64,000 nt of DNA, from assembly GCA_963808625.1 (NCBI GenBank), contig CAWEHK010000033.1, positions 140,745 to 204,744 on the forward strand, read 5' to 3'. The translations under genes and the position numbers were made by a program. This document shows positions 31,149 through 43,157 of this stretch, piece after piece; the first letter of the stretch is position 1; each line of letters starts with the position of its first letter. The notes below the pieces were generated by a model. The model searched no databases. It was not told the DNA's origin and saw nothing but the letters and a program-made list of their open reading frames with translations. The DNA comes from an uncultured delta proteobacterium (GTDB lineage: Bacteria; Desulfobacterota; Syntrophobacteria; Syntrophobacterales; Syntrophobacteraceae).

Positions 31149-32336
31149 TCAGCAGAAGAGGTCTTGTGGGGGAAGATGGTATAGGGTGCGAACATATGAG
31201 ATCAGAGTGTCGGGGAGGTATCTTCCCCACAATCTGATGGGGAGATGTTCGATGTGCACCTCCGGGCTGAACCCTACGGCAAAGAGATATTCGACCAGGA
31301 ATTCAACATTCATCGGTATATAACCCTGATACATCCTGCTGTCCCTTTGGGCGACGATGCGCTCCTCGTGAATGCTGTTTCCAAGCTCGGATTCCACCAA
31401 GTCCGGAAAGTTCGAAAGGATCAACTCCACGTTTATCGTTGATTTGGGATTCTTTAGCAGTGATTCCAGTCCCTTCCGCAACTCATTTTCAGGGATACCG
31501 CGATGCAGGTATCGTTGCCAGCACCGGCCTTCCCTGTACTTCCGAAAGGTCTTTTCCGCATCCCAGGAGGACTCCAGGATCAAGCTCCTGGCGCGGAAGG
31601 AGCCATGGTAACTCTCTTTGGCGGAAACCCGGAGGTTTGGATCGTTGTGCAGGGCTTCTTCGAGGGCCGCTAACCGGTCATCACCCGCGACGATCTTGAT
31701 GCCTCCCACATCATGGATCGTCAACGCCTCGCGATCGAACTTGACACCCCCTTCACTGAAGCTCTGAGCAATCGCCTTTTCCGCCTCGATAAATTCACGA
31801 GCCATCTCAGGTTCGGGAGTGAGAAGGCATTCCAGCGGGACCCCGAACCTGCTTGCCCGCTCTGCCGCCATTTGCTTCGCTTTGCTCTGCACCACGCCAA
31901 AGATCCAGTTGGCGATCTTACGATTCGCTTTTTCGGCGATCCTCCTGGCCCTCTTGATGCGGTACAGACCCAGGAGCTGCCCTTCGTCATCAAGGCACAT
32001 GACGCCGTTGACGGGCGTCTCCCGGTAGTAAAAATCCGGGTTCAGCCGATACTGGGAAAAAAGCTCCAGCTCCCGCTCTGTTATTACCCTGCTGCCGCGA
32101 CAGAGGATCTCCCTCAATTCGCCTTTGACGCGGATCCGTCTTTGTTCGATGGGCTTATGATGGATTCTCGCCAGGAGGTTCTTTGTCAGCCATTCCAGGG
32201 TTTCTCCAAGAACGAAGCCGTCGCAGATCAGGATGTGGGTCAGGCGCAAGCCGTCGTCGGGATGCAAATGACCGCAGAACCAGCGTTCGGCAATGTCAAA
32301 AAGTTCGTCACGATGGATGAATGAAGTCAAATACAC
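31149..32336 (-). CDS. Hypothetical protein (395 aa)
   Basis: Long uninterrupted ORF with host-like composition. Confidence 0.75.
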   Translation of the reverse strand: MYLTSFIHRDELFDIAERWFCGHLHPDDGLRLTHILICDGFVLGETLEWLTKNLLARIHHKPIEQRRIRVKGELREILCRGSRVITERELELFSQYRLNPDFYYRETPVNGVMCLDDEGQLLGLYRIKRARRIAEKANRKIANWIFGVVQSKAKQMAAERASRFGVPLECLLTPEPEMAREFIEAEKAIAQSFSEGGVKFDREALTIHDVGGIKIVAGDDRLAALEEALHNDPNLRVSAKESYHGSFRARSLILESSWDAEKTFRKYREGRCWQRYLHRGIPENELRKGLESLLKNPKSTINVELILSNFPDLVESELGNSIHEERIVAQRDSRMYQGYIPMNVEFLVEYLFAVGFSPEVHIEHLPIRLWGRYLPDTLISYVRTLYHLPPQDLFC

Positions 32337-32640
32337 GTTGCCGGATCTCCGCGAATTATCTTCATGCCTTCCTAACCGCTCAGGTTAGATACTGTCCAAA
32401 AACAACTTGCAATCATTTCAGCCCTTTTTCGAACCACGAAGATCACGAAGAGCACGAAGAAATCACTTCGTGTTGCTTCGTGTTCTTCGTGATAAAAGAA
32501 GGCCTTTCATTTTTGGACGCCCCCTTAGCGGTTGCTTCGCCGCTTTCCAGCGATTGCTTTAAACGTCATTCTATACCTATTTTTTGCTTTGTTCATGTGG
32601 AAAAGGCGGCGATAATATGTCCCAACTGGGAGGGAATGTG

Positions 32641-33163
32641 ATGAAGGGACAAGGGACAGAACAACAGATCACCATCAAGACCGCTGCGCAGATCCTTGGC
32701 GTATCGCCCAAGTCCGTCCAGCGCTACCTCGCCAAGGGGCGTCTTACCAAGATTAAGAAAGAGACAAGGACACTGCTTCTGCTGGCTGAAGTAAAGGCCC
32801 TGGCGAGCGATCCATCTTTAGGACAGGGACGTCCATCGGGAGGGGTTGGGAAAGGTCCCGGGATGGGACAGGTTGGAGACACCGTGACCCTGAGTCAGGG
32901 AGCGCTATGAGCAAATGCTCCTCGAACTGGGCGAACTTCGCAAGCAGAACCAATTCTTCTTGGAGTTCAAGGGCATGCTGCTGGCAAAAGAGGAGTCTAT
33001 TCGAAGGCTCGAACGAGACGTTGAGCTCCTGGGAGAAAGGGTTCGTGCGCTGGAGATGAGGAGGCAGAAGGAACCTCGGGGCGCCGCTGACGATCTGCAT
33101 GACTCCGCAGGTGATCGGGGACAGCCAAAAACGAAGCAAAAAAAACCCTGGTGGCAGGCCTGA
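32641..33163 (+). CDS. HTH plus coiled-coil protein with C-terminal KKPWW (frameshift near 32900)
   Basis: ITIKTAAQILGVSPKSVQRYL; LLAKEESIRRLERDVELL. Confidence 0.7.
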
Positions 33164-33166
33164 GTT

Positions 33167-34321
33167 TTAAGCCGGCTCAACCGTTTTACTTTCTGAAAGG
33201 AGATCGCCCCGGTATTCGACCCCGTAAAGGTAAAGCATGATCATGGCAAAGCTCAGGATCAGCGGACCGTAAAGGATTCCCACGAGCCCAAAGTATTGGA
33301 CTCCCCCGATGATGGCCAGGAAAATGTAGAAGGGGGACATCCTGCCTTCGCCCCGCATCAGGAACGGCCGAAGGAAATTGTCAATCGATCCGCAGAGGAA
33401 AATGGACCACAGCGCCAAAAACAGGGCCGACTTGAGGTTTCCCAGGATAATGAGATAGACCGCAGCGGGAATCCAGATGAGAGCGGTGCCCACGATCGGG
33501 ATAAGGGAGGCAAAACCCATTACGGTGCCCCAGAAGAGGCCGGGGACCCCGACAATGGAGAGGCCAACGCCGCCCACCAGGCCCTGGCACAGGGCGGTAA
33601 AAAACGTCCCCAGCAGAACCGATTTAGCGACCGCACGAATCCCGTGCAGGAGTTCCTCTTCCTGCTCTTTTCGCAGGGGTGAGAAAGACCTCCCCTTCTG
33701 CAGCATTTCATAGCCGTCCCGAACAAGGTAGAAAACGACAAAGATCATGATGAAGAAATGGGTGACAAGGCTTGCCACATTTCCGAGCAGGGTCGCCCCC
33801 TTGCTCAGAAGAAATTGCCCAAGATTTTTGCTGAACTCCAGGAGATTGCTGACGACGTCCAGTTTCTTCAGTTCCAGGAACCCGAAGCGTTCAGTGAACC
33901 TCTCACTGTAGGCAAGAATTCGAGGGTCTTCGGTAATTTTATCGAGATTGCCGGCCCTCAGCCACTCATGGACCCTGGAAACCGAATCCAGGCCCTGGCT
34001 TACCAGTGCTGAGACAAATACAAATATGGGAATGACCAGCAGAAAGGTGATGATGAAGATAATCGTCAGGGCCGCGAGGCTGCTTCTTCCGCGATAAATG
34101 CGCACAAGATAAACCTGCAGCGGATAGAAAAGGGAAGCAAAAACGATGGAAAAGATGAGCGTGTCCATGAATGGGCCGAGGATCAGGTAGACGAGGTAGA
34201 GTGAGAAAAATAGGATAACCAGTAAGAACGGCCGATACCCTCGAGCCCCCAGGGAAGAATCCGGGTGTTTTTTGCCGGCGCAATCAGCCATCGATCCACC
34301 TTTTTCAGCAAAATCCATCAA
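33167..34321 (-). CDS. AI-2E family transporter
   Basis: SLIPIVGTALIWIP, DNFLRPFL, GGVQYFGLVGILYGP. Confidence 0.9.
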   Translation of the reverse strand: MMDFAEKGGSMADCAGKKHPDSSLGARGYRPFLLVILFFSLYLVYLILGPFMDTLIFSIVFASLFYPLQVYLVRIYRGRSSLAALTIIFIITFLLVIPIFVFVSALVSQGLDSVSRVHEWLRAGNLDKITEDPRILAYSERFTERFGFLELKKLDVVSNLLEFSKNLGQFLLSKGATLLGNVASLVTHFFIMIFVVFYLVRDGYEMLQKGRSFSPLRKEQEEELLHGIRAVAKSVLLGTFFTALCQGLVGGVGLSIVGVPGLFWGTVMGFASLIPIVGTALIWIPAAVYLIILGNLKSALFLALWSIFLCGSIDNFLRPFLMRGEGRMSPFYIFLAIIGGVQYFGLVGILYGPLILSFAMIMLYLYGVEYRGDLLSESKTVEPA

Positions 34322-34340
34322 TTACCCGACGTTTCCCCGC

Positions 34341-34946
34341 TCATTTCAGCTTTGCCGCCTTCTGGCGGTATGAATCCATTTTCGCTGCATCTCCCATCTC
34401 TTTATACAGGTCGGCCTCAAACAGATAGACCTGTTTCAACTTTCCCGCATCGTTCTGGAAGAGGACTTCGGCTTTTTGGCTGAACTGGAGGGCCTTCTGA
34501 CGAGATCCCTTCATGCGCCATGCCTTTGCCAGGTTGAAAAAGGCTTCACCGTTATGGACATCAACCTGGATGGCCTTTTCAAGGAGGGGAATTGCCGGGT
34601 CGGCTTTACCCTGCGCCAGGGATGCTTTTGCCTGATCTACCAGGTGCATCGAGGCAACCTGCTGCGGCGGCGGCGGCGCAGGTTTCTTCTCGGGCGGCTT
34701 GGACGGGACCTCTGCGGGGGCGGCGATATCGCTTTCTTTGATCGCGGGCGGCGGCTTGAGGATAGGTGTTTGTTTCGGTGCCGGTGCCGGCACTGGTGCC
34801 GGGGCAGGAGTTTGTACCGTGGGGGGTGGCGGCTGCCATTCCGAGGGAATATAAACAGGCTTTTTAGGAGCGCAGGCCGAAACCAGGACAAGCAGAAGTA
34901 TCACCGCCATGCCCAGAACTCTGAGACTGCCCGAATAGGTTGCCAT
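34341..34946 (-). CDS. TPR lipoprotein with Pro-rich linker (LpoP-like)
   Basis: Lipobox VSAC, Pro-rich linker, TPR; directly downstream of PBP1b. Confidence 0.75.
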   Translation of the reverse strand: MATYSGSLRVLGMAVILLLVLVSACAPKKPVYIPSEWQPPPPTVQTPAPAPVPAPAPKQTPILKPPPAIKESDIAAPAEVPSKPPEKKPAPPPPQQVASMHLVDQAKASLAQGKADPAIPLLEKAIQVDVHNGEAFFNLAKAWRMKGSRQKALQFSQKAEVLFQNDAGKLKQVYLFEADLYKEMGDAAKMDSYRQKAAKLK

Positions 34947-35085
34947 ATCAAGATCCCTCCCTCGTTTTGGCGATCCGTTCTCGAGATTACAAGATGCTCA
35001 AAGGTGAACTATTATGAAACGATCCGGATGAGACACATAGCACGAAAAGCATCCTATGTGAATACAATGGCCGGGCAGATTCCTC

Positions 35086-37344
35086 TCAATTGTGGAGAGG
35101 GCAATATTCTTTTGGGACCTGCTCACTGAGGAAAGCTTCCAGGCGCTGCTCACGGCACCGAGCCGTGGCGAGCAGTCCTGACTCAAGGCAGATCAGGCGC
35201 TGTAAAATCCCCGGCGGCGGCTGAAATTCCTCGGGATGAATCCAGGGCCGAATCTGGTTAAGAAATCTCACCCATATCCGGGCTGCTCCTTGAGAGCCAC
35301 GCAGTTGCGCAGGCTGGTTGTCGTCGTATCCGAGCCATACGAGGACGAGGAGATCCGTGGTATAGCCGACAAACCAGGAGTCCCGATCGTCGCCGGCAGT
35401 GCCGCTCTTGGCGGCATAGGGAAAATCCACTCCAAGATCGGTGAGATCCCGGGCCGTCCCCTTTTGCGTTGTTTTCTCCAAAATGTTGGTAATGAGGTAA
35501 GCCTTGGCGGGAGTTGTCACGGGAACGATTTCAACGTTGCGTCGTTCCTGGATTTCGCCGCTTTCGGTAAAGACTTCCTTGACACCGAGCAGGTATGGTT
35601 TCTGTCCATCATTGTCCAAAGCAGCATACGCCCCGGCTATTTCGAGAGGGGTTGCTTTGAAGTCTCCCAGGACCATCGAGGGCTCGGGTTGGAGCGGCGA
35701 TTGTATGCCCAGACTGTGAATCATCGTGATGATCTTCTCCAGCCCCACCGCGACCGCAAGATTGACGGTAGCAGCATCAGTGATTGATCGAGGGCGTCCC
35801 TTAACATGACCGGACCGCGATACCGGCCATCATAATTTCGTGGGGTCCAATCCGAGCCATTGACCGTAAAGGTCACTGGTTCATCCTTCAGCCAACTGAC
35901 TGGTGTAAACTGGTCCAAAGCGGTCAAATAAACAAACGGCATGACTGCGGACCCTGGCTGACGATAGGCGGAGAGAGCTCGATTGACACCGTCTGACGAG
36001 TAGTCTCTCCCGCCAACCAAGGCAAGTACGTCCCCCGTTTTCGGCTGAAGGGCGATGACAACGCCTTGAAGCGTTGCGGCCTCGGAAGACGTGCTTTGGC
36101 GATTGGATCGTTCCTTTTCCAGCAGCAACAGTTCCGCCTTCAAAGCAGCGTCGGCAGCAACGGCCATCTCCGGATGGAGAGAGGTGTATATGGTCAACCC
36201 CTCAGACCCCAGGCTGGTTTCATCATAAAGATCATGAAGCTGCTGCGTGGCGTAATCGACAAAATAGGGAGCGAGCTCTCTGGGGGGACTGGCGGCAGCG
36301 ATTCTTCGGGGCTCTCCGCGACTCTTTTCATACTCCGAGGGCGGAATCATGCCGAGATCGAGCATGCGTTTAAGAACGACATTGCGGCGATCGATCGAAG
36401 CCTGGGGCTTAGTGAGCGGGGAATAGCCGTTGGGCCCTCGAATCATGCCGGCGAGAGTGGCGCATTCAGCAAGAGTGAGGTCTTCAACATTTCGTCCGAA
36501 ATAATAGAGGGCTGCCTCCCCCATTCCATGGATAGCCACGCTGCCTTTTTGGCCCATGTAGATCTCGTTCATATACATCTCGAGGATGGCATCCTTTTCA
36601 TAAAGGGCCTCGAGAACAACCGCCATGGAAGCCTCTTGGAGCTTACGTTTGAAGGTGCGCTCCGGTTCCAGAAAGTAGTTCTTCACCAGTTGCTGCGTGA
36701 TCGTGGAACCGCCCTGGACAACCCGCCGAGCGATGAGGTCCGTGTACAAGGCGCGCATGGTTCCAAACCAATCGACCCCGCGATGTTCATAGAAACGATG
36801 GTCCTCGATGGCCAAAACCGCGTCAGTGAGGCAAGCAGGGGCTTGTTTGATGTTGATGAGCAACCGGCTCTTTCGTTCCGGGCCAAAGAGCCGGGCGATT
36901 TCAAGAGGCTCCAGTTCGAGAAAGGGCAGTTCCGTTTGACCACTCCTGATCCTTACCAGCGTGTTTTGCTGAAAGGCAAATTCGATGCGTTGCGCGGGGA
37001 GAGCGTGGCCAGGGAAGCGAAATTGGCGCAGATAAGCAACACAGTTGTCTCGGCCTAATTTATATTCGCCGGCCTGCAGCGGTTCTTTGACGGCCTCCTT
37101 ATAGCGCCGCTCTTCCAGAAGCTGTTTCATCTGGGAGATGGAGAGGGACTGACCGGGATAAAGCGGGACCGTTGTGGAAAAAACCCGCGAAGGAATGCTC
37201 CATCGTCGCGATTCAAACCGCTGCCTGACTTCCGCATAAAGATAGACAAAGTAACCGACCAGCAAGAGCGGAAGAAGCAGGACGGACGAGGATTGGAATG
37301 GTCCTCCGGAAGGACGGTCGCCATGGCCTGCTATGCGGTATCAT
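35086..37344 (-). CDS. mrcB: Class A penicillin-binding protein 1B (frameshifts near 37270 and 35750)
   Basis: UB2H-like region, EDHRFYEHRG, GGSTITQQLVKN, KSGT, DSWFVG. Confidence 0.88.
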
Positions 37345-37356
37345 GGGCTGCACCTG

Positions 37357-38778
37357 TCACTTTTTCTTCAGCTTGACCAGGCATTCGATATGCGGCGTAT
37401 GCGGAAAGAGATCAAACGGTTGCACGGATTCAAGGTGGTAGTGTTCGAGAAGCACCACAAGGTCCCTTGCGAGGGTCGCAGGGTTGCAGGATACGGCGAT
37501 GATGGAGGGCGGGGCAATCTCGATCAGCGCGTTTAGAACATGCGGATGCATGCCGGCGCGGGGCGGGTCCGTGATCACCACATCCGGAGAACCATGGTCG
37601 GGTGCAGACTCTCTGACCCTCCGGATGACATCCTTGAGGTCTCCGGATACAAACGAACAATTGTCGACCCCATTGAGGGTGCAGTTTTCGCGAGCGTCTT
37701 CGATGGCTTCCTCGCTCACTTCAAACCCCAGAACGTGCCGCACATGCCCGGCAATGAAAAGAGCAATGCTGCCGGTGCCGCAATAAAGGTCCCAGACCGC
37801 TTCTTTCCCGGTAAATTGTCCAAGTTGGAGGATGGCTTCGTAGAGCTGTTCGGCAGCGAGGGTATTGGTCTGAAAAAATGAGTGGGGAGAAATCCTGAAT
37901 TGCAGATGCCCTATGCGATCCTCGATGGTGCCGGGACCAATCAAACATCGGCTATGGCCGCCGGCGGCAACCTGCGCCTTGCTGTCGGTGATGGAGTGCA
38001 CAAAGGTCGTAAGGTAGGGAAACCGGGCGCGGAGATGGTTGGCCAGACGTTCCGCTACGGTTCCGTTGTCCCCCTGACTCGAAGTGAGGAGATGGACAAG
38101 AAATTGATTGGTGCGCTTCCCTTCGCGAATCACCAGGAAACGCCAGAATCCCTGATGGTCCCTGGTGTTATAGGCGGGAAGGGAAGTCTCCCGACACCAC
38201 TCCCGCACTTCTTTCAAGACCTCAACAGCCTGTGGTGATGCCAGGAAACATCGGTCAATATTGAGCGCCGCGTCGAAGGACCTTCGAGCATGGAGGCCAA
38301 GGGCCAGGGGTTCCGACCGAGGGAGCTTCGCCGCATCCGGATCCAGGCGCTCAATCCAGGACCGGTTGGAGAAGGTAAACTCCATCTTGTTCCGGTACCA
38401 GATCACGTCGGGTGAAGGGACAGCCGGTTGCACCGTGGCTTCACTCACTCCGGCAAGGTGTTCGAGCGACTCCATGACGTGGAGGCGTTTCCACCGGAGC
38501 TGCTCCTCATATTGCAGGTCCTGCCAGCTGCAGCCCCCACAGACACCAAAATGAGGGCAAACGGGCTCCACGTAATGAGGAGACGGCGAGAGCCGTTCCT
38601 GAACATACCCTTCGGCAAATTGCCGTCTCTTCTTGGTGATCCTGACCCGCACCCGTTCTTCCGGAAGGGCATGGTCCATAAAGACGACCAGACCATCCCG
38701 CCGCGCCAGGGCCTTTCCCCCGAAGGCGAGCTTTTCCACAAGCAGTTCGATCTCCGCGCCCTTTTGAACCTCACTCAT
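37357..38778 (-). CDS. rlmD: 23S rRNA (uracil-C5)-methyltransferase
   Basis: TRAM domain, CPHFGVCGGC, FFQTN, DLYCGTG, DPPRAG, SCNP, FPHTPHIE. Confidence 0.93.
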   Translation of the reverse strand: MSEVQKGAEIELLVEKLAFGGKALARRDGLVVFMDHALPEERVRVRITKKRRQFAEGYVQERLSPSPHYVEPVCPHFGVCGGCSWQDLQYEEQLRWKRLHVMESLEHLAGVSEATVQPAVPSPDVIWYRNKMEFTFSNRSWIERLDPDAAKLPRSEPLALGLHARRSFDAALNIDRCFLASPQAVEVLKEVREWCRETSLPAYNTRDHQGFWRFLVIREGKRTNQFLVHLLTSSQGDNGTVAERLANHLRARFPYLTTFVHSITDSKAQVAAGGHSRCLIGPGTIEDRIGHLQFRISPHSFFQTNTLAAEQLYEAILQLGQFTGKEAVWDLYCGTGSIALFIAGHVRHVLGFEVSEEAIEDARENCTLNGVDNCSFVSGDLKDVIRRVRESAPDHGSPDVVITDPPRAGMHPHVLNALIEIAPPSIIAVSCNPATLARDLVVLLEHYHLESVQPFDLFPHTPHIECLVKLKKK

Positions 38779-38816
38779 CCTGCTCCACCGTCTCCGGACC
38801 CGTGAACCATGAACTT

Positions 38817-38972
38817 AGTATACCTCCGCATAAATAAGTGTCCGAATTCGAGACGTCATTCCCGCGTGTTTCTGGCGGGAATCCAGGGTGGGCAAATTCT
38901 CTGGATTCCCGCTAAAAGCATGCGGGAATGATGCCCGGGGGTACTGGACACTCTATTCTGCGGTGCTGTACA
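38817..38972. mobile_element. MITE-like element, copy 1
   Basis: Reverse-complement match to 56079-56232; imperfect terminal IRs around a GTCATTCCCGC palindrome pair. Confidence 0.7.
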
Positions 38973-39017
38973 ACTTAGAATTATTACCATAACAATACTT
39001 TGGCAGAGCGTCAAACC

Positions 39018-39085
39018 GTGTGGGGCAGGCTTTCCAGCCTGCCATGCCGAGCCCGCCAAAAGGCAGGCTGGAAAGCCTGCCCCAC
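39018..39085. repeat. REP-like doublet
   Basis: gtggggcaggctttccagcctgcc ... ggcaggctggaaagcctgccccac. Confidence 0.8.
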
Positions 39086-39329
39086 AATCCAAGGCCCCCT
39101 GTGGAAATCTCGCCTTTGCACCAGGAACTGAGAGCCCCCAGCCATCCCCCCAAGCGCTAACAGCCAAGAGCTAAACAGCCAAGAGCCAACCCCCTTCCTG
39201 TCATCTTTCCTTGCCGCAGAAGTTATGCTAATACAAATCGGCAATAATGGCTAGAAGAAGGCTGGGAAACAGGCCCAGGGATGCATTTTTTCAGAGAGTT
39301 CGGAATTTGGTATTGCTATTGATGGTCGC

Positions 39330-40176
39330 GTGCTGATTTATGGTCGCTTGATCAAGTTCAGCCACACCGTTTTCGCCCTCCCTTTTGCCCTCGCAGCGAT
39401 GCTGCTGGCCTATCGGGAGCACCCGATCGGGCCCTCTGTTCTCTTCTGGATTTTGGTGGCCATGGCTTCGGCACGTTCTGCGGCGATGGGATTCAATCGC
39501 TATCATCGATTACGAATACGATCGCCGTAATCCTCGCACTGCCGACCGTCCACTGGCGGCGGGTCAAATCGACAAGAAGTCCGTTCTCATCTTTGTCATC
39601 ATTTCCTCAACCGTGTTCATTTTCAGTGCCGGCATGCTCGGGCGCCTTTGCCTGGTGCTTTCCTTTCCCGTGCTGCTGGTGCTCTTTTTCTATTCCTGCA
39701 CGAAGCGTTTCACCCCCTTCTCCCATCTCGTTCTCGGCTTTGCCATTGGTCTGGCTCCTGCCGGGGCCTGGATCGCGAGCACGGGCGAGTGGGACATGCG
39801 CATATTGCCGCTTTCGCTGGCCCTCATGACCTATATTGCCGGCTTCGATATTCTCTATGCCTGTCAAGATATCGAATTCGACCGCGAAGAGAAGTTATTT
39901 TCCCTCCCGGCATGTTGGGATGTGGAGCGGGCGCTCAAGGTTTCCGCAATCCTTCACGGCTTCACTTTTCTGTTCCTCCTTCTCGTCTCTTTCGTCTTTC
40001 ATCTTGGTCCCGTTTATCTGGGGATTTTGGGCTTGATCAGTGCACTGCTGCTCCTTGAACACAAACTCGTTCGACCCGACCAGCTGGACAAGGTCAACTT
40101 TGCGTTTTTCCATATCAACAGCGCTGTTTCCCTGCTTCTTTTTTTCGCAGTTCTTCTGGACACCTGGATGGCTTGA
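39330..40176 (+). CDS. UbiA-family prenyltransferase, MqnP-like (frameshift near 39500)
   Basis: [36 protein letters not shown]. Confidence 0.88.
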
Positions 40177-40193
40177 AAAGGAGGAGATCCGCG

Positions 40194-42055
40194 ATGCGCC
40201 AGCCGTATTGTTATCGAAATCTCCAGGAATTTATCGCCGCCCTGGAGAAGGCGGGCGAACTGTGTCGGGTCAAGGCCCCTGTCTCTCGAGACCTGGAAAT
40301 CTCACAGATTACCGATCTGGCCTCAAAAGGCCCCGGCGGCGGCAAAGCGCTCTTGTTCGAACGTGTCGTCGCTTCGCCTTTTCCGGTTCTGACCAATGCC
40401 TTCGGCAGTGAGCGGCGAATCTGCATGGCGCTGGGGGTCCCGGACCTGGATACTTTGGCCGCGCGCGTGCGCCGTTTCGTCGGCATGGAACCACCCAAGT
40501 CACTGAAGGATGGACTGCGATTGCTTCCTCTGGGTTTGGACCTGCTGCGCTTCCTGCCCAGAACGGTAAAACGCGCCCCGTGTCAGGAGGTGGTGGCTGC
40601 TCGGGGAGCAGGTCGACCTCGCGCAGTTGCCCGTGCTCAAATGTTGGCCTCAGGATGGTGGTCCCTTCATTACCCTGCCGGTGGTGATCACGCGCAGCCT
40701 CGAAACGCGCCGGCGCAACGCCGGCATGTATCGGCTGCAGGTTTTTGACCGCTGCACCACGGGCATGCATTGGCACATCCACAAGGACGGTTCGCACTAT
40801 TTTCAGGAATATCGTAAAAGGGGCAAACGCATGCCGGTTGCCGTCGCCATCGGAACCGATCCGGCAACGACCTACGCCGCCACCGCACCCCTGCCCCGGG
40901 GCATTGACGAAATGATCCTGGCCGGCTTCATCCGCCGAAAACCGGTCCCCATGGTGAGATGCGTCACGGTAGACCTGGAGGTCCCGGCGGAGGCCGAATT
41001 CATCCTCGAGGGCTATGTCGATCCGGATGAACTGCGCCTCGAAGGGCCGTTCGGGGACCACACCGGGTATTATTCGTTGGTCGGCGAATATCCGGTCTTC
41101 CACGTTACCGGCAATAACCCACCGAAAGCATCCGGTGTATGCGGCAACCCTTGTCGGACGCCCGCCAATGGAGGATTGTTATCTTGCCAAAGCCACCGAG
41201 AGGATTTTTCTGCCGCTTCTCAATGCCGTTCTGCCCGAGATTCGTGATTTCTGGATGCCGTGGGAAGGAGTTTTTCACAACATCACGGTCATTGCCATTG
41301 AAAAGGAATACGCCGGGCATGCCCGGCGGGTGATGAGCGCCTTGTGGGGACAGGGCCAGATGAGCTTCTGCAAGGCGCTGGTCGTCGTGGATACCAAGGT
41401 GGATTTGAGCAAACCCGAGGGTGTTCTTGAGACCCTTTTGAACGAAGTTGACCTGGAATCAGATCTCTATGTGACGGAAGGCGTTCTCGACGTTCTCGAC
41501 CACAGCGCTCCCGATCCTCTCTTTGGGGAAAAGCTCGGCATTGACGCCACGAGCCGCCTGGCCGACGAGAAGGTTCGCCGCCATCCGAGCGGGCCGTTGC
41601 CCCTTCCCGCCTCGACGCTCATCCACCAGGCGTTGCAGGAGATTTCACCGCTGCTGGCAGCGTTCCATGTTCCCCGATTAAAGGTCAGGAACCCGCTGCT
41701 GCTCGTCAATTTTCAAAAGGATGGGAGCCACACCGGTCGCAATGTGGCCGAAAAGCTCCTGAGCCATGATGCTCTGAAGCCTTTTTCCATAGCAATCCTC
41801 TACGATGCCGCGATCGATCTTGCGGATGCGTCCCTGGTGTTATGGAAGGTTTTTAACAATGTGGATCCCAAGCGCGATGTGATCAGGCAAGCCGGCCGCA
41901 TGGTCATCGATGCCACCAGGAAAGGACCCGAAGACGATCACCATCGGCCGTGGCCGGACGATATCGTGATGGATTTCGCGATCGTTGAAAGAGTGGCCTC
42001 GCGCGCGGAGGAATTGGGCATTCAGGAGTTTGTTCGGACCCCAAAACCTATTTGA
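40194..42055 (+). CDS. UbiD-family decarboxylase, MqnL-like (frameshifts)
   Basis: NAGMYRLQ, EGPFGDHTGYYS, VLDHS, IDAT. Confidence 0.88.
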
Positions 42056-42347
42056 TAAGGTTCCCCAGAACCTCCGGGAACGCCCCGGCGACTCTCTCCG
42101 CGGAAGCCAGGCGTTCTTTCGCCCTCTCAAGAAAGGGCTGGTTTTGCGGGCCCTCGAAATGCTCCAAAGCCTCCGCGACCCATTTAACCACGTAGATATT
42201 CTCGTGTTCGACAAGCCTCTGTAACATCGCCACGCTTGCGGGAACGGGGACATTTCCGAGGACCTTGATCAGCCCCCCTTTGAGTTCATCAAAAGCAGGG
42301 TTTTCGTCGAGGACGCAAAGGTGAGGAATGTGTCCTGGGATGAGCAA
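42048..42347 (-). CDS. Hypothetical protein or fragment (HEAT-like)
   Basis: LIKVLGNV..VVKWVAEALEHF. Confidence 0.4.
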   Translation of the reverse strand: MLIPGHIPHLCVLDENPAFDELKGGLIKVLGNVPVPASVAMLQRLVEHENIYVVKWVAEALEHFEGPQNQPFLERAKERLASAERVAGAFPEVLGNLIK

Positions 42348-42629
42348 GCTTAGGACTTGTCCAAGAACAACAGAGCATCTTTCACCACGGATTACACGGC
42401 TTGCACAGATAACACGGAATACTCAGAGACACGATAGACACAAAAGAGCAGAAGTTATTTCTTCGTGATCTTCGTGTCCTTCGTGGTTTGAAACAGGATC
42501 GAAATGAGAGCAAGATATTTTTGGACGAACGCTTACCCTGCCCGAGCTGTCCGAGTTGCACCTTGACGCACGGTGATGAAGTGGATAAGGTGGGCCGGAA
42601 GCATCCCAACAAGGAAAAAGGCAGCGGTT

Positions 42630-43157
42630 ATGATCGATGATCCCCAGGAAGGACTTTCCGCCAGCTTAGAAGATTATCTTGAGGTCATCTACCATCTGGA
42701 GGGGTCCAACCGTGTCGCCCGGGCCAAGGACATTGCCGATCAGATGAGTGTGCAGCGCGCTTCGGTAACCGGAGCGCTCAAGGCCCTGGCAGGTCGGGGA
42801 CTGATCAACTACAGCCCCTACAGCTACATCACCTTGACCTCCGCCGGGCGTACCGTCGCCCGCGATGTCATTCGCCGTCACGAAACGCTGAGAGAATTCT
42901 TCATCGCGGCGTTGCAGCTGGATCCGGAAGAGGCCGAGGCCAACGCCTGCCGAATTGAACATGCCATTGACCCCATGGCTGTCGATCGCCTGGTTCAGTT
43001 TCTCGAATTTATTAAAATGTGTCCTCGCACCGGCCTGGATTGGTTGAGCGCCTTTGCTCGATATTGTCAAAAGGGTTCCCAGACCTCCGATTGTGAACAT
43101 TGTCTAAAAGAGTGTCTGGAAAGAATCAACGTCCCTCAATCGGTGCAGGCGCCTTAG
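42630..43157 (+). CDS. DtxR/MntR-family metal-dependent regulator
   Basis: SLEDYLEVIY, ACRIEHAI. Confidence 0.9.
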   Translation: MIDDPQEGLSASLEDYLEVIYHLEGSNRVARAKDIADQMSVQRASVTGALKALAGRGLINYSPYSYITLTSAGRTVARDVIRRHETLREFFIAALQLDPEEAEANACRIEHAIDPMAVDRLVQFLEFIKMCPRTGLDWLSAFARYCQKGSQTSDCEHCLKECLERINVPQSVQAP

